A DNA stretch of 61,739 bases, the filler included, from Choristocarpus tenellus KU-1152 (taxonomy: Eukaryota; Protista; Phaeophyceae): NCBI GenBank assembly GCA_964200185.2. It is 6 parts of 6 records of this genome, joined end to end, with 100 filler letters (N's around TTAATTAATTAA, not from the genome) between each part and the next. Parts side by side here need not be neighbours in the genome. Positions count along the whole stretch, not along the records: positions 1 to 18,247 come from CAXNAD020000574.1; 5 more parts are not named here. One strand, 5' to 3'. The notes under the pieces were generated by a model. The model did no database searches. It was not told the origin of the DNA and saw only the letters and a list, made by a program, of their open reading frames with translations. The translations under genes and the position numbers were made by a program. Below are positions 1 through 12,525 of the stretch, piece by piece (the first letter of the stretch is position 1; each line of letters opens with the position of its first letter).

Positions 1-329
1 CCCTTTTTACTCCTTTTTCCCGGCCCCCCCCCCCCCCCCCCCCCCCCCCCAGATACTTTGACACTCAGCTTGTGCAGAACACACTGTGGTTAAGGGCAGT
101 GTTCTGAGAATTCTCTGCAAATGTGCTCCAAAATGAATTGGGTCACTGTCAGTTTGAGCAACTACGTGTAATTGCAGGCGATCCCACACTTCTCCTTCTC
201 AAAATCCTTAGATGGTGTGATTCAGACAAGATATAGTACAAGTGGTAAATCTTAGTACAAATGCGCCCTGTCAACCTTTGTTTGTCTACGAAACTGTATG
301 ATGAACCCAAGATATGTCTTTCTCCTCAC

Positions 330-448
330 CTCCACAAATTCCTCCGCCTGAACCTGAAGCCGGGCCATCTTAAGAAGGCGGAACATACGTATGAGGCGCA
401 CCATACGGAGGGCTCGAACCAGCTTTAGACTTCGGAAGACATTCCCCC
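330..448 (-). CDS. Internal exon of a voltage-gated/cyclic-nucleotide-gated (KCNH/HCN/CNG-like) ion channel, S4 segment
   Basis: The exon is bounded by TTCAG| and |GTGAGG and encodes GNVFRSLKLVRALRMVRLIRMFRLLKMARLQVQAEEFVE, with R/K at every third residue (S4 voltage sensor). I could not place other exons with confidence. Confidence 0.75.
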
Positions 449-986
449 CTGAAGTGGCCCCGTATCCCAAAACCAAGTAAAGTGTTCTAATGGGGAGGGG
501 CAAGGATGAGGAGCAAAGGAATGCAATGCAATTGACTGATTAATGTATAATAGGGCATTCTTTTGAGCGAAGGTGGAAGAGGTATCTGTGAGTAGTACCA
601 GAGTTGTAGTGGTATAGGATATGTGGCAATAATTTTTTATGCAATCACGCCAACAGAGCAACAGTGAAAATGTTGCACTTGAGTCAACAGGGTGCATTCA
701 CACCTTGCAACTCTCACCTACCCTCGACCTTGGCATGGCTCACGCAGGAGGTAAAGTACTTCATTCTAACAAGTTGAATATTCACATGGTATGCTAATTG
801 GGCTAATCCGTCTAGAATGAGATTTTCATAACTCAGTCTTAGAACACCGAATGTCCACAAACTGCTCAGGAGGCATATGGCTCTACATTCCTCGTGTGAT
901 TCTACATGCTGTGCATTACTGCCTTTGGGTGCCACACTTCGACACAGTAGTTGCTATATTAGTCTTTATTCATGCGATCAAGGGTA

Positions 987-2200
987 TCACATGTTACTCT
1001 CAAAATGCGGGGCGTGGGAGGCACAGGAGTCCACGCCCAAGCGTCTGCAGACCATGTCCCCTTCACAGGCACTCGAATACATCCCTAACGGCCTGCTAGA
1101 ATGGATACTGGGTTGATAGGCGCCACCTGATATATACTCTACTACAACGTCCTGCCAAAAATTGTCATTCTCATAGTCAAACAAGCTTGGAAACCCATCT
1201 TCAAGTGTCGCATTTCTCCAGTTTGGCTGACACAGCCCTTCACAGCACAAAGTGCATCCTGTTAAATATAATGCACATTGGTTTGCTATGCACTGGCATC
1301 TACTGACCGAACAAGAGTCTGGTCAGACAAAAAATCACTCAAAGAGCATCATGTTAGAAGTCAAGAAATCCTCATGTTCAAGCCTTCCTAATCCATGCTC
1401 CTTTTTTGTAGGCACTCGATCAGACCTCAAAATATATCCTCCACATGCCAGAGCACGCATTGATTTGTAATAGTTTAGCACAGTTTGGCATGGTTTGGCA
1501 CGCACTGCCTTTCACTGCCTGGTCGATAGCCTACTGAAAGGTTCCAGCGAATAATGCCGATCTTCCATAAAAACATCCCAGAAATCTAGTATCAAATTGC
1601 TGTTGGGCTCAAAGTATCTGGGGGGGGGTTCTATACCAGGGTGTCCACTCGGGCCCTGACTAGGAAAAGTGCACTTGCATTATCCATCCGACGTATGCAA
1701 CCAAATTTACCCAAAAATCACAAGACGGAAAATTGGGCCCTGAAAGAACAGCCACCACCCCCCCCAAACACTTTGAGCCGTTGGTTCATGCTCCTGAGCC
1801 AGACAACCCATTGGAACCTCGGAGGCATCCTGTAAAAGAGGAATGCAGTTTTTTGGGGTATGCACACCCATGTTGCACACAAGCATTTGCCTGATGAAAA
1901 GGAAAAAAATCCTGGTTGGAGGCCCAGAATCAAAAGCATGCCAAAGCATTGCTAACTCATAACTCCATTTCAGTATGCACTCAAGCATATCCCAAAGACA
2001 TCTGGTACCTTACCTGCCTACTGAAATGCGCGCGAGTCTTTCTCACTACCATGCTTTCACCTCTAGTTCTTTGGAAACGGCTAGTTCAATTGGTCAATGT
2101 TCTCTGGCTGTTCCATGTGGTTTGCCCACTGCATCCACAACAGTATATTGCGCTCCATTTGTCGGCAGCTTTCATGTCCGAGTCCACCACCGCAATACAC
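987..2200 (-). pseudogene. Decayed transposase-like ORF interrupted by a MITE
   Basis: Long stretches read as protein but contain stops and frameshifts. Around 1790-1850, two 1-nt corrections give IPLYRCLRGSNGL, which continues after the MITE as NLILDFWDVFMEDRHYSLE. This resembles the YRCxRG(S/T)N..EG motif of DUF6729-associated transposon-like proteins (from recall, not searched). Confidence 0.3.
1606..1779. mobile_element. MITE family A (~175 bp), intact copy
   Basis: TIRs GGCTCAAAGTATCTGGGGG...CCCCCAAACACTTTGAGCC, flanked by the 4-bp direct repeat GTTG (1602-1605, 1780-1783). Confidence 0.85.
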
Positions 2201-2239
2201 CCTTAACTTCCGGGTTGGGCTTAATTTCGTCTCCCCTGT

Positions 2240-2505
2240 GAGTCAAAGTATCTTAGAGGGTACAGAGTCGAGTTCGTTTAGGGACCGAAATCCAATGTTG
2301 CGGTTTTTATGTAATTTTTTCGACTATCTTGCTTGTTAGGAAGTGTCAGTATCCTTGTTCTGGACACACCGTTTCATCATGTATACATTTCACCTCCTCC
2401 AAAAAATTTTGGAGTAGGTGAAATGTCATAAAAAAAACCTGTGTGAAGTCAAGCCCCAAACGGACAAACAGACCAAAACTGGTACCCTCTAAGAAACTTT
2501 CACTC
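2240..2505. mobile_element. MITE family B (~260 bp), intact copy
   Basis: TIRs GAGTCAAAGTATCTTAGAGGGTAC...GTACCCTCTAAGAAACTTTCACTC, with 4-bp TSD CTGT on both sides. Confidence 0.85.
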
Positions 2506-2573
2506 CTGTGTGACGGAAACGAATTTATACGTGTCAGTGGCCTTCCCATCATCTATTCCTCTGAGAGATTACC

Positions 2574-3060
2574 CTATTCTTCTGTCATCACACTCCTCGT
2601 GCTGCTCTCTTCATCCACCCCATCCTTGTGGGAATCGCTCTCTTTGTCATCCTCCAAATCTTCTTCCAGGTACTTATCCCTGCCCATGATTGCAATTCCT
2701 GTCTTCAAAAAATCCGGAGATGTGTAACTTGCAGAACAGTCAATGATCTTGATCCTACCTTCCACAGTGAAAGATTGCCAAACTATCCACAGTGGAAGTC
2801 AAATCCCACTTCCATTGTTCTTCTCGACCTTGAAGGCCTGCACAACAATTTTTCGGACCTAGGTCTTCCTCTTTGAGACATTCATGACGTCACAACCAGC
2901 TAACATTGCCACGATTACCTCAACACCCGCACCAAGGCGTATTGGATGGCATCACCACCTTGATCGCTCTACCTCGTTTCACATGGGATGAATTTCCTGG
3001 AAAAGATTTGAATGCCATGCACTGGTCGGTTTTTTAGTTTCAGTGGGTACATTGGTTCAT
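2574..3060 (-). pseudogene. Decayed ORF with acidic C-terminal tail, possibly methyltransferase-like
   Basis: One frame reads LGAGVEVIVAMLAGCDVMNVSKRKT*VRKIVVQAFKVEKNNGSGI*LPLWIVWQSFTVEGRIKIIDCSASYTSPDFLKTG...EEDLEDDKESD...*, with two internal stops. Confidence 0.3.
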
Positions 3061-3723
3061 TACATAATACAAACATGCTTATAATCTTCGTGCGGGTGTT
3101 TTCATCGAGAAGGAAGAAATATTCGACATGCCTGAACCCGTTTTCAGAGACAGTACAAAATGAGATGAGAAAAATACAGTAGTAGCAAAAAATGCCAGAA
3201 ATACAGACATGAATAAAATAAATGGAGGAACAAAACAGAAATTCACAGACAAGACGAATATTCATATATCTACCCCAAAGTAAAGATTTTCCCCAGATCG
3301 ACATTGAGCTGGACTGACTGACAGGACCGGAACTACGGTCACTTCTCCAACAGCCCTGAGCTGGCTCTATTACTACTTTGTATGATATATGGACGGGTTC
3401 ACGATCTGGTTTGGTTGAAATATACTGTCGATACATAATACTTATATTAGGCTGGTCTGCGACCCAGTCCAGTTCAAACCTTTGGCGGTTCATGATAAAA
3501 TGGTATGATACCTGCACTGGTCTGGTCAATATGGGTCGGAACTATCCAGTCAAAACATGTCAGCAGATCCCCAAATCGACCCTAATATGAGTGGAATAAA
3601 CGTGTTGCTTTAAATTGCCTCAAGCTGCAAGCATCTCTCCTATGCCAATATACAAAAGTATTCCAACAGGCAGAGAGGTGACAGGCTTCATACCATCTAC
3701 TACGAACTATTAAAAGTAGTGTT

Positions 3724-3907
3724 GGTTCAAAGCATCTGGGGGGAGGAGGTGACTGTCGATTCGGGGCCCATTTTTCCATGTAGCGATTTTTGGGTGATTT
3801 GGTTGCATGCATCGGATGAATAATGTAAGTGCACTTTTGCCGGTCAGGTCCCGAATGGACACCCTGCTGTAGACCCCCCCCCCCGCCCCTCCCCAGATAC
3901 TTGAGCC
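3724..3907. mobile_element. MITE family A copy (reverse orientation)
   Basis: Termini GGTTCAAAGCATCTGGGGG...CCCCAGATACTTGAGCC. The internal sequence is the reverse complement of 1606-1779. Confidence 0.8.
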
Positions 3908-5452
3908 ACATTTTAACAAGGCCACAAACTGGCCCATTGCATGATTCGGTTACAAATCCTCGATGTCCCTTAACTGGCCTTGTTAAACCATGTTTCAACA
4001 GGACCACATTGAGGGATGGAGTACAAGGGCAACAAATGAACGAAAATGGTACAATTGGGCGGTTGACAGCACAATGAGCTTCATGGAAGAGAGGCTTTCC
4101 AACGAATCTGTGATGGATGGTGTTCGTTGTTGTAAAGCAGCACCTAAGGCAGCATAAGCAACCGCCATCACCACAGTCCGCTGACTGCTGCTTTGTTATT
4201 GTCTCATGTTCATTTTCTGTCTACCTTTACAACAGTGGGTCTATGACTACCCATTCTAGCTGTGCGAATACTAATCATAACAGAAACATTATTGATATAG
4301 ATACCTTAAAGCAACAATAGCCCACAGTCTGCGGTCTGATTAAAAACCCTGATCTGGTCCTGTACCGACCCTGTTCAAACAATATTCATATGGGCAGGTC
4401 CACGACCCAGCCTGGCTAAACTTTCCATGGCCCTGACCTGATCTTGTTTATATATTACCAGGATCGACCCTCAGACTGTTCCTGTCAAGTGTACCAGGTC
4501 TGGCGAAAATCCCAGCCCAAAAAGGAGGAGCAAGTAGAAAAAAAATGAATACAGCACCAAGAGGAAGTCTGGTACCTACGTGTACCAAGCAATCGGCTCC
4601 AATGTTTACCAGCGCCGATACCAGGTCAAACGCTACCTCTCCTATCATTCAGAAACAAGAAAAAAGTCGAACGCCAATGACAGAGTACAGCACGGATAGA
4701 AACAAGGAAGAGAGGAAACTGAACAAAGCACACCCAAAGACCATGACAGGTGACAGACAATAGAACCAGTTCCAAGGAGGTGTAGCCTTCACAATCATCC
4801 TTGCGTCATGCTGTTCTATCTTGAATCCTGTCCCCACACAACGTACTCTAGTACCCGAGAAAATATGCTCTCAGCCTCAAGCAGGTTTGTGTTAAAGGTG
4901 GTTCACATGTTGTCAATCTGGTCCTGAGTTAGCTTGCCGTTGCTACTTGTCATTGTTTGGGGCAGAAAATAACATGTGTACATTGTGCTGGCCAAAGCAA
5001 ATGTGTCGACATTGTCCTTAGAGGTGGACTGGATATAGCGTATGGGTTGAGGAAGAATTCCCCTTCCTTATGGACTCAAGTCCAGCGATTAGGTGCTATA
5101 AAACCAGAAGCTGGACTGATATTAGTACAATGTGGTGGTTCGATTTCAAGGCAGGAATCATGTTCTCATGTTTAAAAAATAAGGTGTTGTTGTAGTTGAG
5201 GGGTGAGGATGTGGTTGATGCAACGGTATCCACCCCCCTTGTGATCCACTCAGGAGTGAGTCCCTTCGCCCTTTGGTGATCTGAAAAGTGTAAACATTTT
5301 CAAGTTTACTTTCCTCCGCAAACCTCATTAGGCGCACACCACCGTTTTAGTTCATCACAGCTATAAAAGGATCCAAGTACCAAACTGTCCCAATCATCTC
5401 CCCCTTAACCCTTCTTCCATGTGTGTGGGCATTTACATCTGTAAGGATGAAA

Positions 5453-5711
5453 GAGCCAAAGTATCATAGAGGGTAGGGCCGCGTCCATTTGGTGGCCAGA
5501 ATCCAATGTCGGGATTTTGATGTAATTTTGGGCATCGTGTTTGTTAGGAAGTGTCAATATCCTTGTTGTGGACACACATTTTCATAACTTGTACATTTTA
5601 CCAACTCCAAAATATTTTGGAGTAGGAAAATACCATAACTAAACCCATGAGAAGCCAAGTCCCAAATGGACAAACAGGGCAAAACTCGTACCCTCTAAGA
5701 TACTTTCACTC
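5453..5711. mobile_element. MITE family B copy
   Basis: Termini GAGCCAAAGTATCATAGAGGGTA...TACCCTCTAAGATACTTTCACTC, collinear with 2240-2505. Confidence 0.85.
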
Positions 5712-6584
5712 CCTTGCCAAAAAAAACAGTTCCGAATTTGAGTCCAACATAGCTACAACGGGTGGGAACAATGTCCACCTATTGTGTGGTAGTGTGGTGG
5801 TTGCTAGATCTGCAGCAGATGCATGGATTGATGAGGGTGAGTCAAACTGGGTGCGGTGGTATTGGATATCACCAAATTCTTTGTTTTTCTTCAAGAAGGC
5901 AGTAATAGAAGCGGACTATTCCTTACCAAGTCACTAAATGTAATGTGTGGTCTGTTTCTCCTTTCTGCAAGTTGATTGGCCAGTCCCCTGTAAGAAAGTC
6001 CTCTGCCTATTGGACAAAAAGTGTGCAAAATGAGAAAAAAAAGTTTTCAATAAATATGTAAACCACTTGCGATTTGGAATGTAGGTAATGTAGAGCCTCT
6101 GGTGGCAGAGCAATTTTAGGAATTACTAAAGTCTACAGTGGAGTTTCCATATCACCATCTCGACTCTCCAAATGTGAACCCTTGTTCCATTATTCTGGGT
6201 TGTAACGGCCCAGCAGACGAGCAAATATTCTTCCTGCCAAGATGATGTTGAAACACTGACCCCCACAGCCTCAATCCTGTTGTCACCCTGTTGCCAGTAC
6301 AATATGGTGCATTAATTTAGTCCTGCCAAAAATCAAGAGTGTACATGTGTTTATCTTGAGGAAGAATTAAGAGCCCTCGCCCCATCCTGCATTGGTTGTG
6401 TGCATGAGGGGCAACCCTCTCCCCCTTTCTTTTGCTTTGTTCTTCTGCCAGTGCTATTTCTTGCTTCTTTCAGTCCCTTGCCTCCCATGAACTATCCCAT
6501 GTTTCCACACCTGACAGATGACAACTCGTTTGTCATAGATCCTGCTTTTGAGACCTGTTCTTCCTTGACTTTCATCACCTCAAC

Positions 6585-6705
6585 ACCAGCTCCAGCAATA
6601 GCACCTACACCTGGGGTAACACCAGCGCCAGCAATAGTACTTGCACCAGCAATAGTACCTGCACCAGGAGTAACACCTGCACCAAGAGTAACACCAGCAC
6701 CAACA
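6585..6705. repeat. Degenerate 18-bp tandem repeat (codon-periodic)
   Basis: Units such as CCAGCACCAGCAATAGTA and CCTGCACCAGGAGTAACA. Reads (PAPAIV/PAPGVT)n on + and (GAGVTP/GAGTIA)n on -. Confidence 0.7.
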
Positions 6706-7688
6706 CTATACTTCCTTTCTTCTGGGCCTAAGTTAGTGAGTTGCATGAACATTCTTCCTTAGCCAGAAATGGTATCAGTGGCAAGAAAATCCTTACTATC
6801 CTACTTCATCGTTAAAAATGGCAACCATGTAAACCTCTTTCCTTTGGGGGGGGGTCAGCTTCCCAGTGATCAATGCCCTTAAGTGGTGTTGAAGAAATGG
6901 TTAGGGTTTAGAGTGCAGCACAGCCATCACCACTTAAGAAACCGTTGAAGTAGTATGTCACACGAGCTCTACCTTTTGCGGTAAATATCACTAATGTCGT
7001 ATCCCTCCGTCAACTGACGACTTTTTCGTGCACGAAAATATGGAATTCTCCTGATCTTCATGCCAAGAACACCCTCTATCCTAGACACTGCATTGAAGCG
7101 CGGTGCAGTAAAGGGGCAATGAACGTGCTCCAGAGTACTCTGTATGCACATGCTTTACAAGTACAGAGTATTTCCCTACATAGGAGAAATCGTGTAGTTG
7201 GGCACCAGCATAATCCAGTGGAATGACTGTGAATCAAGGAACATCCTGTCTTCAAGCATCAACCAGGAATCTTATGTGTTGGTTAGTGGGTGGGGTGTAC
7301 TGATGTTGGTCTGTTTAGTGCACAGGTGCGACATGGCACCTTACCCCTTCATGGCTGTAAAAGGAAGATCATGAAGATATGACACTTCCCTCTCTCATAT
7401 TGGTATGCTGTATATGATGCACTCATACACGCATGTGCATCCCCCACTCAATAGCACTTCCATGGAATCCAATCATACACTAAATACGCACTCCTTGCAT
7501 CGTTTTCTAGTGGTCTATCTTAAAGTATGTATATGTATCTCCAATGTAGAACCGTTAAAGAGAAGCACCCCCATTTAGAATGCAGCGTTGGTGCAAGGAA
7601 AACACTCCTGAGATCCCCAGATTCCCACTTTTTCTCATCACCCCCATGCCTGTGAAACGGAAACCACCTCCACCCTGTCCCTTGGCAG

Positions 7689-10068
7689 AAATTTGCTCAG
7701 TTTTCTGACACTGGTGCATCTATTATCCTTGAGTTCGACTCTCCAACAGACTTCGGGACTGTTTCGTCCCTAAATATGTACGCCTTCCCATGCATGACAC
7801 TACTCTCCTACTCGGGCGTCAGCATCAATGACCAATGTTCTTGGAAAGCAGGTTTGTGTTCATGTGTAGTTGCACACACAAAGCCTCGGCAAAACTAGGG
7901 AGGGATGGGATAGCTGGTTCTTTTCTTGGTCCGTTTGATCATTGCCAATATTCATCTCTGTGCTATTCATGGCTATTTGGGGATGTGTAAGTGATTTTGG
8001 GGGTAGTGCGAAGCTCCACAAACCAGTAGTTCAGTTCTTGGTTTCCCCAATGTCCATGCATACAATATGCGCTATTTCTGTCGTGCTTATAGCCTTATGA
8101 TTTTGGTTCTACCTTGATACTTCAACAGTAAGTGCAATCAACTGTTTCCCACCCATGTAATGGGGTAGTAGTTACGAATTCTGAATACCGAAGAATACTT
8201 CAAAGTGCCACAGAGTGCTCTAAGCAAAAGGTTCGTGTTGTCTTGATGTGATATACCTGCAGAGTTGGTGAATGTATGCAGAGTCCGAGCTCCTTCTGCA
8301 CGTATACCCTGTGATTATAATTGTTTATTGTTGCCACTTGAGGCATAGAAAACAATGTATGGGGAAGAAAAAGTCCCTCTCTCTAAAACATTTGAATGAT
8401 TTACCTCTTCTACCAACAAATCTCTGCTCTGAAGCAACACCACTCTCTTAAAAAATTTTGAATAATTTTCTTCTTCTACTCACACTTAGATAAGAACTAA
8501 GCTCCTTTGTTGCTGTTCCTATACTATCTTGGTCAACATTTCTGCTCTCATGTTCCCTTTCCATTTTCCTCAGCTTCTTCCATCACGTTGACTTTACGCA
8601 ATAGTGCCACCATTGTTCCTGGAGACACTATCACACTCAAGTCTGGGATGATAGCATCAGAGACCAACTCAGAGACCATCTCTGGCGTTTCCGAGACGAT
8701 AGTCTTTGCTCCAGAAAACCCGCCAACCCCTGTTCTTGTGCTGGACATTTGGCATGGTGCTCTTTCTTTCTGCTCGGTGAGTTAACTGAAAGTATCTTCA
8801 ATTGCCCCTCCAAGCTGTTCACCACCTGACAGGGAGCAAAAAGTGCAAACTGCAACAGGTCTACTATCCGGATTGACTATAGCATCCTCTCCCCCAGTGT
8901 TGAGCTGCAATGCTTCCGTGATGCGGGGCAATTTTACTTCTAGTGGATTATCGTTTTTCCATTTTTACAAGCTGGAAAAAAAATCTATGTAATATATGGA
9001 GGGGATGAGAATGAGGGGCAGAGTGATTGCCCTGTTTCAGATATCCCCTTCTTCCAAAAACATACGCACACTATGTAGTAGCTTTCTCATGCCCAGCTTT
9101 GTACAAGCCCAACAAGACTTCATGGTTGCCCCTTGTTGTAATTATTCACTCTATCTCCCCTCTCCTGTTCTCATATGCCCGCCTCTGAAACCACCATATT
9201 CTATCTTGTCTACAGCTCCTACTAAGCCTCTCCCTCTACCTCTCAATTCCCCACCATCTCCTACCAACACAACTCATCCCTTACCATCCTCTCTGTTTCT
9301 CCATGTCAGGACTTCAAGGCTGATGCATCTGCAACCACTGGTTCAGGTGGTCGGGACTTCACTAGTATTTCTTGGGACCTTTACAATTGGACCCTTGGAG
9401 ACGCTGAGGAAGATGTCACCCAGGAGATATCATTGGCACATGCAGCGTCTGCAGGAACTGGCTCATCAGTGTTGTATCTGCCTGCTGGGGATGATCGGGC
9501 CACAGGGGGGATCACATGGTATTTCAACGTCACAGCCAGGAACTGGTTTGACAAGTCTGGGTGGGCTACATTTGAGGTAAGATTGGTCCCTATGATGGTG
9601 GTAAGAGATTATTACTCCAGAGCTTGCAGGATATTGCACTTGGCACTTCTGTTATCCACCCCCACTTGATGTCAGACGTCCACCCCTTCCTCGAGCAAAG
9701 GTTAATGTGTCTCCCAGAGGTATTGATCGCCCTCTGGTGACTTTATTGGGAGGGACAAGTCAAACAATCACACGCTCCAGTGAATTGACAATTTTGGCCA
9801 TCGCAAAGGCTGTCTACTGTGCGGAGGGGCAGGCCAAGGAGGAACGACTCGACTACAAGTGGACTGAACTCCGCCATGACATCTCCTTGGAATCCTACTC
9901 CCGGGTAAGGAAGGTGGTAGAAAATTGGTCAGTAATTGCTCGGGATATGCTCTCCCCTTCTCCCCCTCTGAGCACAAGAACTGAATTTCCTGGAAAGGTG
10001 TGCTCTCACTTCTTTGTCCTCACAGCATTGGGACAATGTTGCTATTGCTTCAGCTGCACAGAGCTTTG

Positions 10069-10101
<33 letters not shown>

Positions 10102-12486
10102 CTCGAAATTTTGATATAGTACTTATTCTTGAAAAAAGCAGTGAGTGAAAGTATCTTAGAGGGTACAAGTTTTGCCCTGTTTGTCCATTTGGGGTTTGGC
10201 TTCCCGTGGGTTTTTTTATGACATTTTCCTACTCCAAAATGTTTCGGAGTACGTGGATTGTATACGTAATGAAAAGGTGTGTCCAGAACATGGATATGGA
10301 CACTTCCTAACAAACACAATACCAAAAATTACATCAAAATCGCAACATTAAATTTTGACCCCCAAATGGACAGGGCTCTACCCTCTAAGATACTTTGGCT
10401 CAGTAGGGAGTTCTTTGTCAGATCATTGTATCGCAAATTTCAAATTCTAGTTACGATGCTAACTTTTTCCGCTCTTGTCACTTTTTGGGGGGGGAACTCA
10501 ACGCTGTGGTGGCAACAACCGGATTGTGCTGACCACTCTCTTAGCAACTGGGAGAGATACCTTGTCCAGCCAAATCTGTTTCTCGGCATGTGTGTAGATA
10601 TCTACTTTTAAAAAATTGAGTAAGGATCTAAGAGTCCAGGGTGTGTATTTTGGCTGCTTTGAGTTATACCTTTTTTTTTTCAGCTTTGAAGAAGATGGAG
10701 ACATCATTTAAGACATATTTTGATAGGGATAACTTGCTTCAGCAAACTGAATGTACCAACAAAATAGTGAAAATGCGCTCCACAGCTGTGGACTGAACGT
10801 TACAAAAAATGTGCCACCAGAAATTCAGAAGGGCCCTTAAAACTCAGCAGCACCCCACTCTTGGTTACTTTGACTCTAAATTCAACCGAATCCTCCAAGT
10901 GTATGTTGTTATTTGAAAGTTGTGGTGAGCCAAAGTAAACAAGAGGTACCCAGGGTTGCATTTTAAGGATGCAGAAAAGTGTGGAGAATTCGACTTTCTG
11001 TACAAACGTGCACTGGGACCTTTTTTATTAATTCTGTCGAAAATATAAAAACAGAGGAATCAACGCTCCCGAGTCAATCAGAAAACCTCATTGTCAGAAG
11101 TAAGAACTAATTGAAAAATATGAAAAAAAAGAGGTTTAAAATGCAAACCAGTAACCTGGGTACCTCTCGCTTACTTTGGCATATACTGCCTGGCAACGAC
11201 CGTACTAAGTCCCGTAAGGTGCTTCCGTGGGTCACTACACAGTACAACTCGCTACCACAACGAAAGATGAGCTTTCTATATTCTCTTCAGTAGCACTTGT
11301 CAAATTTCAAGTCAGTATGTGGGAGGAAATCTCAAATAGATGTTCCATGTTCAAATACATTGTTCATTCCACTTGAGTCCTGCTACCACACTGGTGCTGC
11401 AGATAGGGGTGCCATCAAGTAAATTTTGGTGACACGTGACACGTGTAATAGTAATCTCCATGAACAAGAGGTTGCTGTCAAAGGAGCTCAAACTTTGAGG
11501 AAAGAAGGGAGATTGGAGTCTGGGCCTCAAACAAAGTTTTGATCGCCTCCGTAGACACTCAGAATATGCTCAACATGTGTCCCAATGCCTGTGAGAACGT
11601 CATGCCAGGACGAGATTTTAGTAGACCAAAGCAGAAAGTCAGACAGAAACAAGCACTCCAGGAGTAGTAGTCTTCACACTTCGAAACGTGGCAATGTAGG
11701 ATGGTTAGGAAAGAAATTGAGGCCTGACTCCAAAGTTTGATGCTTCAGGTCTAGGCCAAAGGAGGAATTTAGTGCTCAATCCCTGCTGAATGTTTGCAAC
11801 TTTCCTCCGTGAAGTACATTGCCTCTATGCTTTATATATGCTTGAGGTTTGTCCAGACACAACCCTTGTTGACATGGTCAGGTTCTCGTTGACAACCGCC
11901 TTCCCATTCCTCACCTCTTGGACCGGTTGCGCAAACAGGACCCCAGATTCTTCAGGCTGAGAAGTCATGCCCTTGAGGTCGGAGAGGTATATGAATTCAT
12001 GGTAAACGTAACAGATTCTGCTGGCTTATCCTCTGTGGTGACACAGGTAAGGAAAATATATAATTAACATCCCCCTTAAGCACGAGGGTAACCTTGAAAT
12101 CAGATGGTGGATATTGCTGGCATTCAGGCTAGAGTAGTAGCAGCAGGCCTATAGTAAGTGGAGTGAGGATGCAACCCGGGGAGTAGTTAGGATGGGGTGT
12201 GGAGGTAACTGGAATAAGTGCAGTGCGTCGAATAAGTTGAGGAAAGTTCGCAGGGGATTCTCCCAACAGGAGTTACCATTTTGCTACCCGGTAGTTGGGA
12301 TGGGTACGAATTTTTCCTTGCTTTATCCACTTAAGAAGGGGTCTAATAAAAAATAAGTAATGTATCCGTCTTTTCTAGCAGACAAATTGCAGCTTAGATT
12401 ATCTCACTCGAGAGGATAACATCAAGAAGCCCTTGTCGGTAGAGCACAAGTTGCCCATACTTTACACGTCTCTTTTTTGTTTTGCG

Positions 12487-12525
<39 letters not shown>

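Noticed and set aside
4545-4830. Possible upstream ion-channel exons (DARMIVKA...WNWF, FDLVSAL)
   Set aside because: Only vague similarity to S2-S3, and no consistent phased splice path.
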